A DNA stretch of 62,801 nucleotides from a virus (taxonomy: Duplodnaviria > Caudoviricetes), in IMG/VR virus record IMGVR_UViG_3300034053_000018, positions 1 through 62,801 of that record; one strand, 5' to 3'. Position numbers and translations under genes: made by a program. Positions 16,748 to 25,861 of this stretch are shown one piece after another (position 1 is the stretch's first letter; each line of letters opens with the position of its first letter). The notes under the pieces were generated by a model. The model did no database searches. It was not told the DNA's origin and was given only the letters and a program-made list of their open reading frames with translations.

Positions 16748-18615
16748 ATCTTGAAAACGCTTGGGTGTATGACTTGGAGACGTACCCAAACTGCTTCACA
16801 TTCGCAGCAGAGCAGGCGCATGGTCCCATGACCGTGATGTACGAGATCAGTGACTTCCACGACGACTCTCAAGCGATCATCGACTTCTGTCGTACCCTTG
16901 AGGCGCGGGGTTCGACCATGATTGGTTTCAACAACGTCGGGTTCGACTACCCCGTGCTGCACCTGCTGTTGAGGATGGGTAAGGGTACGGCTCAGGTGCT
17001 GTACGACAAGGCGATGTCGATCATCCGGTCGCAGGACGAGGACAAGTTCGCCAACATGATCTACCCGTCCGACCGCATCGTGAAGCAGTTGGATCTGTTT
17101 CGCCTCAAGCACTACAACAACAAGGCTCGCACCACATCACTCAAGGCGCTCGAGTTCGCGATGCGGATGGACAACATCAGTGACCTCCCGTTCCCTGTTG
17201 GCACAACGCTGAACCCCGAGCAGATCAAGATGCTGAAGACGTACAACCAGCACGATGTGAGCGCGACCAAGCGGTTCTATCACCAGTGCAAGGACGAGAT
17301 TCAACTCCGCGTCGATCTGATCCCGAAGCTCGGTGAGGACGTCATCAACGCCGACGACACCAAGATTGGCGCGATGATTTTCCAGAAGGAACTTGAGGCG
17401 GCTGGTATCGATTTGTACGAGTACGGTCCCTTTGGTCGCAAGATGCGGCAAACGCCCCGTGACATCATTCACCTGCGTGAGTGCATCCCTGACTTCATTC
17501 GGTTCAACAACCCCGAGTTTCAGCGGATCAAGGAGTGGTTCGCTGCTCAGTCGATCACAGAAACCAAAGGGTCGATCAAGGACGTGACCGCTCGTGTGGG
17601 TGGCATCGACTATGTGTTCGGCACCGGAGGTATGCACGCCTCTGTTGAGAATGAACACTTCGTTGCTAACGATGAGTGGATGATCTACGACATTGATGTC
17701 CAAGGGCTATACCCCTCCATTGCTATCACCCGAGGCTACTACCCTGAGCATCTGGGTCCGATCTTCGTCAAGATCTACAAGGAGAAGGTTGTCGACGAGC
17801 GCGCCAAGTACAAGAAGGGTACGCCGCTGAACGCCGCCTACAAGCTCGCTGGCAATGGTGCCTACGGTAAAAGCAACGACAAGTACAGTATCTTCTACGA
17901 CCCGCGCTTCACCATGCAGATCACCATATCCGGTCAGATGATGATCGTGATGCTCGCCGAGTGGCTGTTGCAGGTGACTGGTCTGCGGATTATCCAGTGC
18001 AATACAGACGGCATCACCATGTGGATGCGTCGTAGTGATCTTGATCGCGTCAAGGGTGTCTGCAAGGACTGGGAGAAGCTCACCGGTCTGGTGCTTGAGG
18101 ATGTCGAGTATCAGCGTATGGTCATCGCTGATGTCAATTCCTACCTCGCACAGAAGCTCGACGGCAAGACGAAGCTGAAGGGGCGCTACGACTGGGTCAA
18201 GGAGACCGGTGGCGTCAAGGACTGGCACAAGGACAGTTCCTTCCTCGTCATTGCCAAGGTAGCCGAGCAGGTGCTGATCCACGGCAAACCGATACGCGAG
18301 ACGCTGGAGGCATGGTCCGACAAGATGGACTTCATGGGTCGCTTGAAAGTCCCCCGTGGATCCAAGCTGGTGATCCATGAGAACGGCGTGGATCGGGAGC
18401 TTGAGAACACGCAGCGGTACTACGTCTCGACCGAGGGTGGTCAGTTGTTCAAGATCATGCCACCGCTTGCCAAGAAGCCCGGAGTGTGGCGTCGCATTGG
18501 TGTTGAGAGTGGGTGGTCGGTGTGTCCTTGTAATCGGATCGAGGACGCTACATTGCCGATTGACTACTCGTATTACCAGCAGGAGATAGAGAAATTGGTG
18601 TTGTGCTTACTTTAA
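16744..18615 (+). CDS. DNA polymerase, family-B-like, with N-terminal 3'-5' exonuclease
   Basis: Exonuclease YDLETY, GFNNVGFD, YNQHD; polymerase DIDVQGLYPS, KLAGNGAYGK, NTDG. Confidence 0.9.
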   Translation: MNLENAWVYDLETYPNCFTFAAEQAHGPMTVMYEISDFHDDSQAIIDFCRTLEARGSTMIGFNNVGFDYPVLHLLLRMGKGTAQVLYDKAMSIIRSQDEDKFANMIYPSDRIVKQLDLFRLKHYNNKARTTSLKALEFAMRMDNISDLPFPVGTTLNPEQIKMLKTYNQHDVSATKRFYHQCKDEIQLRVDLIPKLGEDVINADDTKIGAMIFQKELEAAGIDLYEYGPFGRKMRQTPRDIIHLRECIPDFIRFNNPEFQRIKEWFAAQSITETKGSIKDVTARVGGIDYVFGTGGMHASVENEHFVANDEWMIYDIDVQGLYPSIAITRGYYPEHLGPIFVKIYKEKVVDERAKYKKGTPLNAAYKLAGNGAYGKSNDKYSIFYDPRFTMQITISGQMMIVMLAEWLLQVTGLRIIQCNTDGITMWMRRSDLDRVKGVCKDWEKLTGLVLEDVEYQRMVIADVNSYLAQKLDGKTKLKGRYDWVKETGGVKDWHKDSSFLVIAKVAEQVLIHGKPIRETLEAWSDKMDFMGRLKVPRGSKLVIHENGVDRELENTQRYYVSTEGGQLFKIMPPLAKKPGVWRRIGVESGWSVCPCNRIEDATLPIDYSYYQQEIEKLVLCLL

Positions 18616-18634
18616 GGGAGGTTTGAAACCTCTC

Positions 18635-18663
18635 TTGACGCTGTGACTTTTCGTTGTTAATAT
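18635..18663 (+). promoter_or_regulatory. Sigma70-type promoter of the Rha gene
   Basis: TTGACG-17 bp-TAATAT. Confidence 0.5.
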
Positions 18664-18694
18664 TCATCCTGTTATCTCACAAACAGGTGTCAAA

Positions 18695-19408
18695 ATGAAA
18701 AATGAAACTAAAGAAATCGTAGTAGCTATGAAGGCAATGGGTGACGGACAACGTGTTTCATCAAGGTTCATTGCTGAGAAGTTTGGTAAATCGCATAAGA
18801 ACGTGATTCAGAGTATCGAGAACATTGATTGTTCTGAGGAATTTTCACGGCTGAATTTTCAGCCGTCAGATTTTGAAGCAACGCGAGGTAAGTTCTTTAA
18901 AGAGTACTTGATAACCCGTGACGGTTTTTCGTTCCTCTGCATGGGTTTCACAGGTAAGGAAGCTGCTCGATGGAAAGAGCGGTTCATTGAAGCGTTCAAC
19001 GCGATGGAGCGTGAGCTTCTGAAGCAGAACGATAAATTGGAATGGAAAGCAGCGAGGCTCCAGATCAAAGCGGTTCGTCACAGTTTCACTGACACGATCA
19101 AAGACTTCGTTGAGTACGCAACAGCACAAGGTAGTGAGTCAGCGCATCGCTACTACACCTCACTGACCAAGATGGAATATGCAGCATTGGGTCTGGTTGA
19201 GTACGGTAGCAAAGTGCCTGATGGATTCAGGGACTCCCTTGACCTAATGGGTCTTGGTTTCCTTACTGCCGCTGAACAGATTGCTCGTCGCGCTATTGCT
19301 GAAGGTATGAATCGCCAGATGCACTACAAAGACATTTACCAGTTCGCCAAAGGTGAAGTGATGCGGTACGCCGAGGCGATTAAGTTACCGATGATCGAGG
19401 AGAAGTGA
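18695..19408 (+). CDS. rha: Rha family phage regulatory protein
   Basis: SSRFIAEKFGKSHKNVIQSI...YLITRDGFSFLCMGFTGKEAARWKERFIEAFNAME. Confidence 0.9.
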   Translation: MKNETKEIVVAMKAMGDGQRVSSRFIAEKFGKSHKNVIQSIENIDCSEEFSRLNFQPSDFEATRGKFFKEYLITRDGFSFLCMGFTGKEAARWKERFIEAFNAMERELLKQNDKLEWKAARLQIKAVRHSFTDTIKDFVEYATAQGSESAHRYYTSLTKMEYAALGLVEYGSKVPDGFRDSLDLMGLGFLTAAEQIARRAIAEGMNRQMHYKDIYQFAKGEVMRYAEAIKLPMIEEK

Positions 19409-19410
19409 AA

Positions 19411-19557
19411 ATGGAACTACCAGACGTAGAGTTTGACGTGGAGCGATACAAACAGATGATTCGCGAACTCTGCAAGATCGTCCAATCCGAGTATCCCGAG
19501 TCCGATGAACGGTACGAGTTCGCAGGTAACTGTTTAACTGATGTGGGAGAAGAGTGA
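19411..19557 (+). CDS. Hypothetical 48-aa protein
   Basis: Hand-read ORF MELPDVEF... fills the gap; GAGGAG upstream. Confidence 0.5.
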   Translation: MELPDVEFDVERYKQMIRELCKIVQSEYPESDERYEFAGNCLTDVGEE

Positions 19558-19817
19558 TGAGCATCATCCTGACAAAATCTGTGGCTACTCTACTTGATGT
19601 GAAAGAATCAGCACTTGGCATCCAGATTGCAGGAGAACATTACAAAACACTCGTGATCCAACCGGTCGAGTTCATCACCAAGAACAAGCTCACGTTCTTG
19701 GAGGGTTGTGTTATCAAACGTGTCTGCCGTCACCGCATGAAGAACGGCAAAGAGGATCTGCTCAAAGCGATCCATGAGTTGCAGTTGCTGATCGAACTGG
19801 AGTATCCCGATGCTTAA
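19554..19817 (+). CDS. DUF3310 domain protein
   Basis: QIAGEHY..IQPVEFI..FLEGCVIK..R..KNGKEDLLKA. Confidence 0.88.
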   Translation: MMSIILTKSVATLLDVKESALGIQIAGEHYKTLVIQPVEFITKNKLTFLEGCVIKRVCRHRMKNGKEDLLKAIHELQLLIELEYPDA

Positions 19818-20103
19818 CCCCTTGGAGAAAGAAATCGAAAAAGCGGTCAAGCGGTACGCCGAGTCGAAAGGGTGGCTCACTCGCAAGTGGTCGTCCCCCG
19901 GACACTCGTTTGTCCCTGACCAGATCTTCATCGCCCCGTGGGGGAAGATCATCTTCGTCGAGTTCAAACGACTGGGCAAGAAACCTGAAATACCGCAAGA
20001 GCGCGAGCATCACAAACTGAGACAAAACAAAGCTGAAGTCTGGGTAATTGACAACATTGAATCTGGTAAGGAGATGATTGACCACTATGACACTGGGGTG
20101 TAA
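19810..20103 (+). CDS. VRR-NUC domain nuclease
   Basis: LEKEIE..KWSSPG..VPD..FVEFKRLGKKP..Q. Confidence 0.88.
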   Translation: MLNPLEKEIEKAVKRYAESKGWLTRKWSSPGHSFVPDQIFIAPWGKIIFVEFKRLGKKPEIPQEREHHKLRQNKAEVWVIDNIESGKEMIDHYDTGV

Positions 20104-20105
20104 TA

Positions 20106-20609
20106 ATGAATGAAGAATGGCGAGATATTCCTGAGTGGGATATGTACGAAGTCAGTAACTTAGGACGAGTTAGACGAAAAGCTCAAATACTGTCCGGTGG
20201 TGCTATCCCATCTGGACATCTCACTGTTGCGTTAAGCAAAGGTAGAGGTTTGGGTAAACCCAAGAGTATGTATATTCATAGATTGGTGGCTAGTGCGTTT
20301 ATAGAAAATCCTAACAATCTACCGATAATCAATCATAAAAACAGCAACCCTAAAGACAATCGAGTTGAAAACTTAGAGTGGTGTACTTATGGTGAAAACA
20401 TAGCCCACGGGTATAGACATAATGGTAGAAGAGTACCTTATGAAATAAAGGTGATGGCTGTTGATGACAATGGGGAAGTCGTAATGTCATTCAGAAGTAT
20501 GGTGGATGCTGCGAAACTGTTGAACGTAACACCCGGAGCAATAGTATCTGCTGTAAGACGTAGTGGTAAGTCAGCAGGGTATAGGTGGATTAAATATGAG
20601 AACAACTGA
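20106..20609 (+). CDS. Free-standing NUMOD4-HNH homing endonuclease
   Basis: EEWRDIP..YEVSNLGRVR; HRLVASAFI..INHKNSNPKDNRVENLEW. Confidence 0.9.
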   Translation: MNEEWRDIPEWDMYEVSNLGRVRRKAQILSGGAIPSGHLTVALSKGRGLGKPKSMYIHRLVASAFIENPNNLPIINHKNSNPKDNRVENLEWCTYGENIAHGYRHNGRRVPYEIKVMAVDDNGEVVMSFRSMVDAAKLLNVTPGAIVSAVRRSGKSAGYRWIKYENN

Positions 20610-22014
20610 TGATCTCCACGACTATCAACGTCGAGCCGTCAACTTCCAATGCACCAATCCTTATACGGCATTGTGGTTAGATCCGGGTCTTGGTAAGACC
20701 GCTACTACTCTGACCAGCATCAATCATCTGCTGAATGTTGGTTTTCTGAATGCCGTACTCATCGTTGCGCCGATCCGTGTATGTCGTCTTGTTTGGCGGC
20801 AGGAGGCCCTCAAATGGCAAGAGTTCAAGCACCTGACATTCAACATGGTCATGGGAACCAAGGATCAACGGGTTCGGGCATTATTGAAACCTGCGAATAT
20901 TTTTGTAACGAATTACGAAAACCTAAAATGGCTATCGGAAACACTTCAGACTTACTACATCAGTAAGGGTAAGCCGCTACCATTTAACGGGGTAGTATTC
21001 GACGAAATTAGTAAGTGTAAGAACAGCACCACTGACCGAGTTAAAGCCTTGATGAAGGTGTTACCCCACACCATTTGGCGCACAGGACTTACTGGATCAC
21101 CCGCTTCTAATGGTTACCGTGATCTACATGGTCAGTTTCTTGTGCTCGACGGTGGTGAGCGACTCGGTAAGAGCAAGACTGAGTTTGAGCGCAGGTTCTA
21201 TAAAAAAGCAGGTCCATATAAGATAGTGGCGCTACCTGAGACCGAGGACACAATCAAGAACCTTATTGGTGACATCACTATCACCATGTCAGCAGAAGAC
21301 TACAACAAGCTCCCTGACATGATTGTGAACGATGTCGAGGTAGAGTTACCTGAAGACATTCGTATCAAGTATGAACAACTTGAAAATGACTTCTTTACTC
21401 AGTTAGATAGTGGTACAGAGAAGGAAGTGTTCAACCAAGCGTCGCTTACTAACTCTCTCTTGCAAGTTAGCAATGGTGCAATTTATCCCATTGCAGGGAT
21501 GCCGCTGTGGGAGCCATTACATGACGCAAAGTTGGACGCTCTGGAGGACATTATCGAGGAGAGTGGTGGACAACCTATCTTCCTATCATATGCTTATCGG
21601 AGCGATGCTGCCCGGATCATGGAGCGATTCTCCAAACCGGAGTATCAACTGAACCCAATAAATTTGACCGAATGTAAAAGTGAATCATCTTTGAACAACG
21701 CTATGTATCGGTGGCAAAACGGAGACTGTCGATTGTTGATTGCCCACCCCGCCAGTGCCGGACATGGTATTGATGGAATCCAAAATTCAGGAAATGTGTT
21801 GGTATGGTTCGGACTCAACTGGAGCTTGGAACTTTATGACCAATTCAACGCTCGCCTACGTCGCCAAGGTCAAGGTAAACCCGTAATCTGTCACCGAATA
21901 CTCGGTGCAGACACAATGGACCAAGCTCAGGCACAGGCGCTGGATGATAAGGCGAACAATCAACAATCCCTGAGAAACGCGATTAAATCTTATAGGTCAA
22001 AACGCGGAAAGTGA
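20596..22014 (+). CDS. SNF2-family helicase
   Basis: LDPGLGKT, VFDEISK, LTGSP, HPASAGHGID, QFNARLRRQGQ. Confidence 0.92.
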   Translation: MRTTDDLHDYQRRAVNFQCTNPYTALWLDPGLGKTATTLTSINHLLNVGFLNAVLIVAPIRVCRLVWRQEALKWQEFKHLTFNMVMGTKDQRVRALLKPANIFVTNYENLKWLSETLQTYYISKGKPLPFNGVVFDEISKCKNSTTDRVKALMKVLPHTIWRTGLTGSPASNGYRDLHGQFLVLDGGERLGKSKTEFERRFYKKAGPYKIVALPETEDTIKNLIGDITITMSAEDYNKLPDMIVNDVEVELPEDIRIKYEQLENDFFTQLDSGTEKEVFNQASLTNSLLQVSNGAIYPIAGMPLWEPLHDAKLDALEDIIEESGGQPIFLSYAYRSDAARIMERFSKPEYQLNPINLTECKSESSLNNAMYRWQNGDCRLLIAHPASAGHGIDGIQNSGNVLVWFGLNWSLELYDQFNARLRRQGQGKPVICHRILGADTMDQAQAQALDDKANNQQSLRNAIKSYRSKRGK

Positions 22015-22043
22015 TTGACAAGTCACAGGGGAAGTTTGACAAT
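22015..22043 (+). promoter_or_regulatory. Sigma70-type promoter
   Basis: TTGACA-17 bp-GACAAT, followed by GGAGG RBS. Confidence 0.65.
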
Positions 22044-22062
22044 AGGGTCACTGGAGGTTGTT

Positions 22063-22260
22063 ATGAAAACCATGAATGAAGTAGTTCTGACAGACATGAA
22101 TTCTCTTGATGAGATTCTCCCCGAGCTTCGGGAAGATCAGGTCAGGGAGTTGCTGATGTGGGAAACGATGCACCAGAATCGCGAAGAGATCGTCAACGTT
22201 CTGCATTCCCGTGTGAGTGAGTTGCAGTACGCTCGCCGCCATGCTGGGGACTGTCTATGA
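22063..22260 (+). CDS. Hypothetical protein
   Basis: GGAGG RBS; first gene of a small-ORF operon. Confidence 0.65.
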   Translation: MKTMNEVVLTDMNSLDEILPELREDQVRELLMWETMHQNREEIVNVLHSRVSELQYARRHAGDCL

Positions 22261-22439
22261 CCACTAAGAGTGAAACCATCTTGATGCTTGCTAAGATGTT
22301 AGTTGCTGCCGAGAGGAACGGTGACAGGGAAGCAGCACATCGTTATATCACCACGATTGGTGAAGGGTTGAATAAGATCGTTATGGAGTCCAACGCATGG
22401 GTCAAAAAACCTGTCGAAGAAACGGAGTTCCCCAAGTGA
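22257..22439 (+). CDS. Hypothetical protein
   Basis: ATGA overlap. Confidence 0.6.
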   Translation: MTTKSETILMLAKMLVAAERNGDREAAHRYITTIGEGLNKIVMESNAWVKKPVEETEFPK

Positions 22440-22612
22440 ACCAACTCGACTACTACCTGACCAAGGTCTGCCTGTGGTTCGCCCACTTTACTTACGTCGT
22501 GGCAAACAGCACGGGGTGCAACCCGACCTACGTCAAGCTGTACTACAACGAGTGGCAAGAGTGGGTTCGCTACTTTGAACTGTTGGAGATTCACAGGCGA
22601 GGTGTGAAATGA
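22436..22612 (+). CDS. Hypothetical protein
   Basis: GTGA overlap. Confidence 0.55.
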   Translation: MNQLDYYLTKVCLWFAHFTYVVANSTGCNPTYVKLYYNEWQEWVRYFELLEIHRRGVK

Positions 22613-22776
22613 ACGACCTCCAAATTTGGAAAGATCAACTTAAACAGATTATTGACGACCACTACGGGTTGAACCCAGATCATCCGGGAGAGTTCTTCGA
22701 CTACGAAGCTGCTGAGTGGGTCAAGATCCCCGACTTCACCGGTTGCTCGCTGTTTAAGGAAGGAGACTTACCATGA
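22609..22776 (+). CDS. Hypothetical protein
   Basis: Hand-read 55-aa ORF MNDLQIWK...; overlaps on both sides. Confidence 0.55.
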   Translation: MNDLQIWKDQLKQIIDDHYGLNPDHPGEFFDYEAAEWVKIPDFTGCSLFKEGDLP

Positions 22777-23060
22777 CCCTCGACGATCAGATCGAAATCC
22801 TCCAAGCCGCCAAGCGCGGGGAGGAGATTCAATGCAGACCAAAGTATCCAACTGGTAAAGCGGATTGGTATGAGGGTCTACCGGGAGGATTCAACTTCGC
22901 TACCTACGAGTACCGCGTCAAGCCGAAAGACATCAAGGTGCAACTGTTCCTCTGCTCCCCCAAACATAAGTATGATCACGCAAGTGTCAGCACTTACCGA
23001 ACTAACTGCGAAGCGACGTTCAACAAGGAAGGCGAACTCATCAAGGTGGAGTTGATATGA
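22773..23060 (+). CDS. Hypothetical protein
   Basis: GGAG RBS; AAKRGEEIQ..F....YRVKP pattern. Confidence 0.7.
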   Translation: MTLDDQIEILQAAKRGEEIQCRPKYPTGKADWYEGLPGGFNFATYEYRVKPKDIKVQLFLCSPKHKYDHASVSTYRTNCEATFNKEGELIKVELI

Positions 23061-23440
23061 CCATCGAATTCAGCGAAGCAAACGATCCGAACAACTGGGC
23101 GGCAGAGCAAACCAAGAACTTCGATCACATCTTCTTGATGTGGGACTCCGAAGCGGAGGCTAAAGCGTCTGCCAAGACAATGCGAGCTATGATTGACTGG
23201 GTCAAGAAACAAGGTGTTGATGTCTATGTGCGGAGAATGATAACCCTTGGCGCTGACCGTGACTTCGAGAAGGATGCGGTCATTCACACCACTTCTTTCC
23301 GTGGAGCCTTGTTACCTAGCGATACCCCACAAGGTCGTGAGATTCGGACTGATGACAAACCCCTTATCGGAGAGTTCCTGCACCGCTACGAGTACACCCA
23401 ACTGACTGCCGAGGACATCATTAAGGGGGTCAAGAAATGA
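23057..23440 (+). CDS. Hypothetical protein
   Basis: 127-aa ORF with ATGA overlap. Confidence 0.7.
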   Translation: MTIEFSEANDPNNWAAEQTKNFDHIFLMWDSEAEAKASAKTMRAMIDWVKKQGVDVYVRRMITLGADRDFEKDAVIHTTSFRGALLPSDTPQGREIRTDDKPLIGEFLHRYEYTQLTAEDIIKGVKK

Positions 23441-23655
23441 TTTCCGCCGACCAGTGGGTTTTCCTCGTCGCCTTCGGTGGCGGTGTGTTCTTCATGGGCT
23501 ACGAACTCGGTGAAGCCAAACCCCTGCCGCCTGTGGCGAAGGTCTGCCCCGCCGTCGAAGGGCAGCAAGTTATCAGCAGCAGTTCGACCAAGGATGGGGA
23601 GTACTGCACCTATGCGAATGCGTATGGAAAACAACTGAGACTGAAACGAGTCTGA
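23437..23655 (+). CDS. Hypothetical membrane-anchored protein
   Basis: N-terminal hydrophobic segment. Confidence 0.6.
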   Translation: MISADQWVFLVAFGGGVFFMGYELGEAKPLPPVAKVCPAVEGQQVISSSSTKDGEYCTYANAYGKQLRLKRV

Positions 23656-23754
23656 CGATCAATGCCACCCCCATTTTTCTTAACGCAACTAGGAAGGTGA
23701 TGAGAAGAAGCAGCGTGTCCACGCGGGGGTGGCTCCCAATGAAGGAGATGTGAG

Positions 23755-23964
23755 ATGAACAAGCAAATGTCTATCGAGAAAGACCTGCACAAATTCAAAG
23801 CCTATCTGGAAGCTAACGGCGTGCGCGTCCTTGCAGCAACACTAATGGTTGAGATCAAAGGACGTACTAAGGTGTGCGTCGTTGGCAACAACGAGATGGT
23901 TAGCGAAATGGCGATCTGCACCATTGCTGGCATGAATGGTTTGACGACGGTGAGGGATGTATGA
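23755..23964 (+). CDS. Hypothetical protein
   Basis: AAGGAG RBS. Confidence 0.6.
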   Translation: MNKQMSIEKDLHKFKAYLEANGVRVLAATLMVEIKGRTKVCVVGNNEMVSEMAICTIAGMNGLTTVRDV

Positions 23965-24149
23965 CAAACGAAATGAGGCAGCTACTAGTAACCTGCCACG
24001 TCCACTTGAACTCAATCGAAAAGTTTTTGGAGGTAGCGCAGCCAGTCAAAGCAGAGTTCCGCGCCCGTGAGTTGAGCGAGAACGCGAAGTTGCTGGCGAA
24101 TGCGTTGTATAGGGCGGGGCGCGTGTCGGGGGAGGTTACGAAATCATGA
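23961..24149 (+). CDS. Hypothetical protein
   Basis: ATGA overlap. Confidence 0.55.
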   Translation: MTNEMRQLLVTCHVHLNSIEKFLEVAQPVKAEFRARELSENAKLLANALYRAGRVSGEVTKS

Positions 24150-24391
24150 CCAATTACGAGATTCTTATGATGGCAGAGAAAGCCGGGATCACTTTCGTGG
24201 TTCAGCAAGGCGTTGCATCTGCTACCGAGGAATGGCTAACAAACTTCGCCAGACTCATTGCCAAGCGGCAGCGGGAGATTGATGCCGGGATTTGTGAGCG
24301 ACGTGCGGGTTTTGGAAGTTACGCCGAGTCAATGGGCGCACACCGGATACTTACCTCATGTGCCGCCGCAATCTTGGCGCAGGAGGATTGA
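24146..24391 (+). CDS. Hypothetical protein
   Basis: GGAGG RBS and ATGA overlap. Confidence 0.6.
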   Translation: MTNYEILMMAEKAGITFVVQQGVASATEEWLTNFARLIAKRQREIDAGICERRAGFGSYAESMGAHRILTSCAAAILAQED

Positions 24392-24392
24392 G

Positions 24393-24596
24393 ATGAAACT
24401 CACACCGTGGTTCCAAATTGGAACAGATGGGCCTCCAGTAAGGTCAGGGATGTATGAGTTTGAGATATGGCTCAAGGATGATTTTGTGTTCCACCTTCAT
24501 GCGGTGTTTACCCGTGGATCGAACTACATCATCACAGATGACGGGCGGATTATCAGTCTGACCTATGAGGATCATTGGAGAGGAGTATTGAAATGA
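24393..24596 (+). CDS. Hypothetical protein
   Basis: AGGAGG RBS; MKLTPWF..PVRSGMYE..WRG. Confidence 0.65.
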   Translation: MKLTPWFQIGTDGPPVRSGMYEFEIWLKDDFVFHLHAVFTRGSNYIITDDGRIISLTYEDHWRGVLK

Positions 24597-24799
24597 CTGA
24601 CATCGTAGCGAGACTGCGGCAACCGAGTGCCAGTGCTATGCGCCTTGAAGCAGCAGATGAGATTGAACGCCTACGCCAAGTCTGCCGTGACGCCTATGAA
24701 GTCTATGCCGGTAGCGAAGGCATACCCATGCCAGAGACAGCAGCCGAGGCGTATCTGTACCAGTTGTTGAAGATATGGGCATTGGATACGGAGAATTGA
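24593..24799 (+). CDS. Hypothetical protein
   Basis: MTDIVARLR..EAADEIERLR motif common in phage proteins. Confidence 0.65.
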   Translation: MTDIVARLRQPSASAMRLEAADEIERLRQVCRDAYEVYAGSEGIPMPETAAEAYLYQLLKIWALDTEN

Positions 24800-24800
24800 C

Positions 24801-25133
24801 ATGAACGCATGGACACTCGCCCTCACCAATCTAATCGACAAACCCAAACCGCCCCCGTCGTCCGGCATCGCACCGAAGGTATGCCCTGCGTGTGGCAAGA
24901 CATTCACCCCATTAACCAACCATCGCTCGACAACATACTGCACCAAGAAGTGCATGGGGTCAGCCAAGGCGGGGAGGGAGAAAGCGAAGCGTCATGCAAG
25001 GGGGTTAAAGAAAACAGGTGGGCCGCGCAAGATCGTAAGTGGCGTACCAAAGAATCAGAAGGTAAATATGAAGCGCACTTGGCAGCAAGTGTTCGCAAAG
25101 CCCGTCGCTATTGACGATCAACAGTGGTGTTAA
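24801..25133 (+). CDS. Zinc-ribbon protein
   Basis: CPACGKTF..YCTKKC. Confidence 0.6.
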   Translation: MNAWTLALTNLIDKPKPPPSSGIAPKVCPACGKTFTPLTNHRSTTYCTKKCMGSAKAGREKAKRHARGLKKTGGPRKIVSGVPKNQKVNMKRTWQQVFAKPVAIDDQQWC

Positions 25134-25145
25134 TTGGAGAAGCAA

Positions 25146-25328
25146 ATGAAAAAGAAAGACTTGAAGCGGCGCGTTAAGCACTTGGAAGCCGGTCTGTATG
25201 TCGCATACTTCGCCCTGCACGAACGGGTCGAATTGCTTGAGCAACAGACTAAAAACTTCAACAGCTACTTCGACGAGCAGGCCGAATGGAATCTCGAAGT
25301 GCAAGGCGCATTGGAGGGTAAGGAATGA
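25146..25328 (+). CDS. Hypothetical coiled-coil protein
   Basis: GGAG RBS; overlaps dcd. Confidence 0.55.
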   Translation: MKKKDLKRRVKHLEAGLYVAYFALHERVELLEQQTKNFNSYFDEQAEWNLEVQGALEGKE

Positions 25329-25861
25329 GCCTCTTATCGTACAACGAACTATGTCGCTTGGTTGAGGGCGGTGTGATTACCAACGTCAACCCGAAAGACA
25401 TCAACGCCACGTCCATCGACGTGCATCTGGGTGACAAGATCATCATCGAGTCGGAGAGTAACAACCTTGTGGACATTGCCAAACGCAGCATGTGGGCAAA
25501 CATTGGGCTGAACATCGCGGACTACTATTACGACTTGCGCCCCGGTGAGTTCGTCCTTGCGTCGACGCGGGAGACGTTCAACCTGCCCAACGACATCTCG
25601 GCTGAGTTTCGGCTCAAGTCCAGTGGTGCGCGGTCTGGGTTGAACAACTTGTTCGCTTGCCACTGCGATCCGGGTTGGAACGGCAGTGCGCTGACCCTTG
25701 AGTTGAAGAACGAGCTACAGCACCACCACATTCGACTGACTGACGGTATGCCCATTGGACAGATACTATTCCATCGGGTGAAGCCAGTGCCGAATGAACG
25801 AAGCTACGCCACTATCGGGCGGTACAATGGTGACACGGGGGCGCAGGTTGTGAAGGGTTAG
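25325..25861 (+). CDS. dcd: dCTP deaminase / dUTPase-family protein
   Basis: INATSIDVHLG, LRPGEFVLAST, KSSGARSGL, DPGWNG..LTLEL, IGQILF, GRY. Confidence 0.9.
   Translation: MSLLSYNELCRLVEGGVITNVNPKDINATSIDVHLGDKIIIESESNNLVDIAKRSMWANIGLNIADYYYDLRPGEFVLASTRETFNLPNDISAEFRLKSSGARSGLNNLFACHCDPGWNGSALTLELKNELQHHHIRLTDGMPIGQILFHRVKPVPNERSYATIGRYNGDTGAQVVKG

Noticed and set aside
18695-19408. Temperate lifestyle inferred from rha
   Set aside because: No integrase, CI-like repressor or partition genes were recognised
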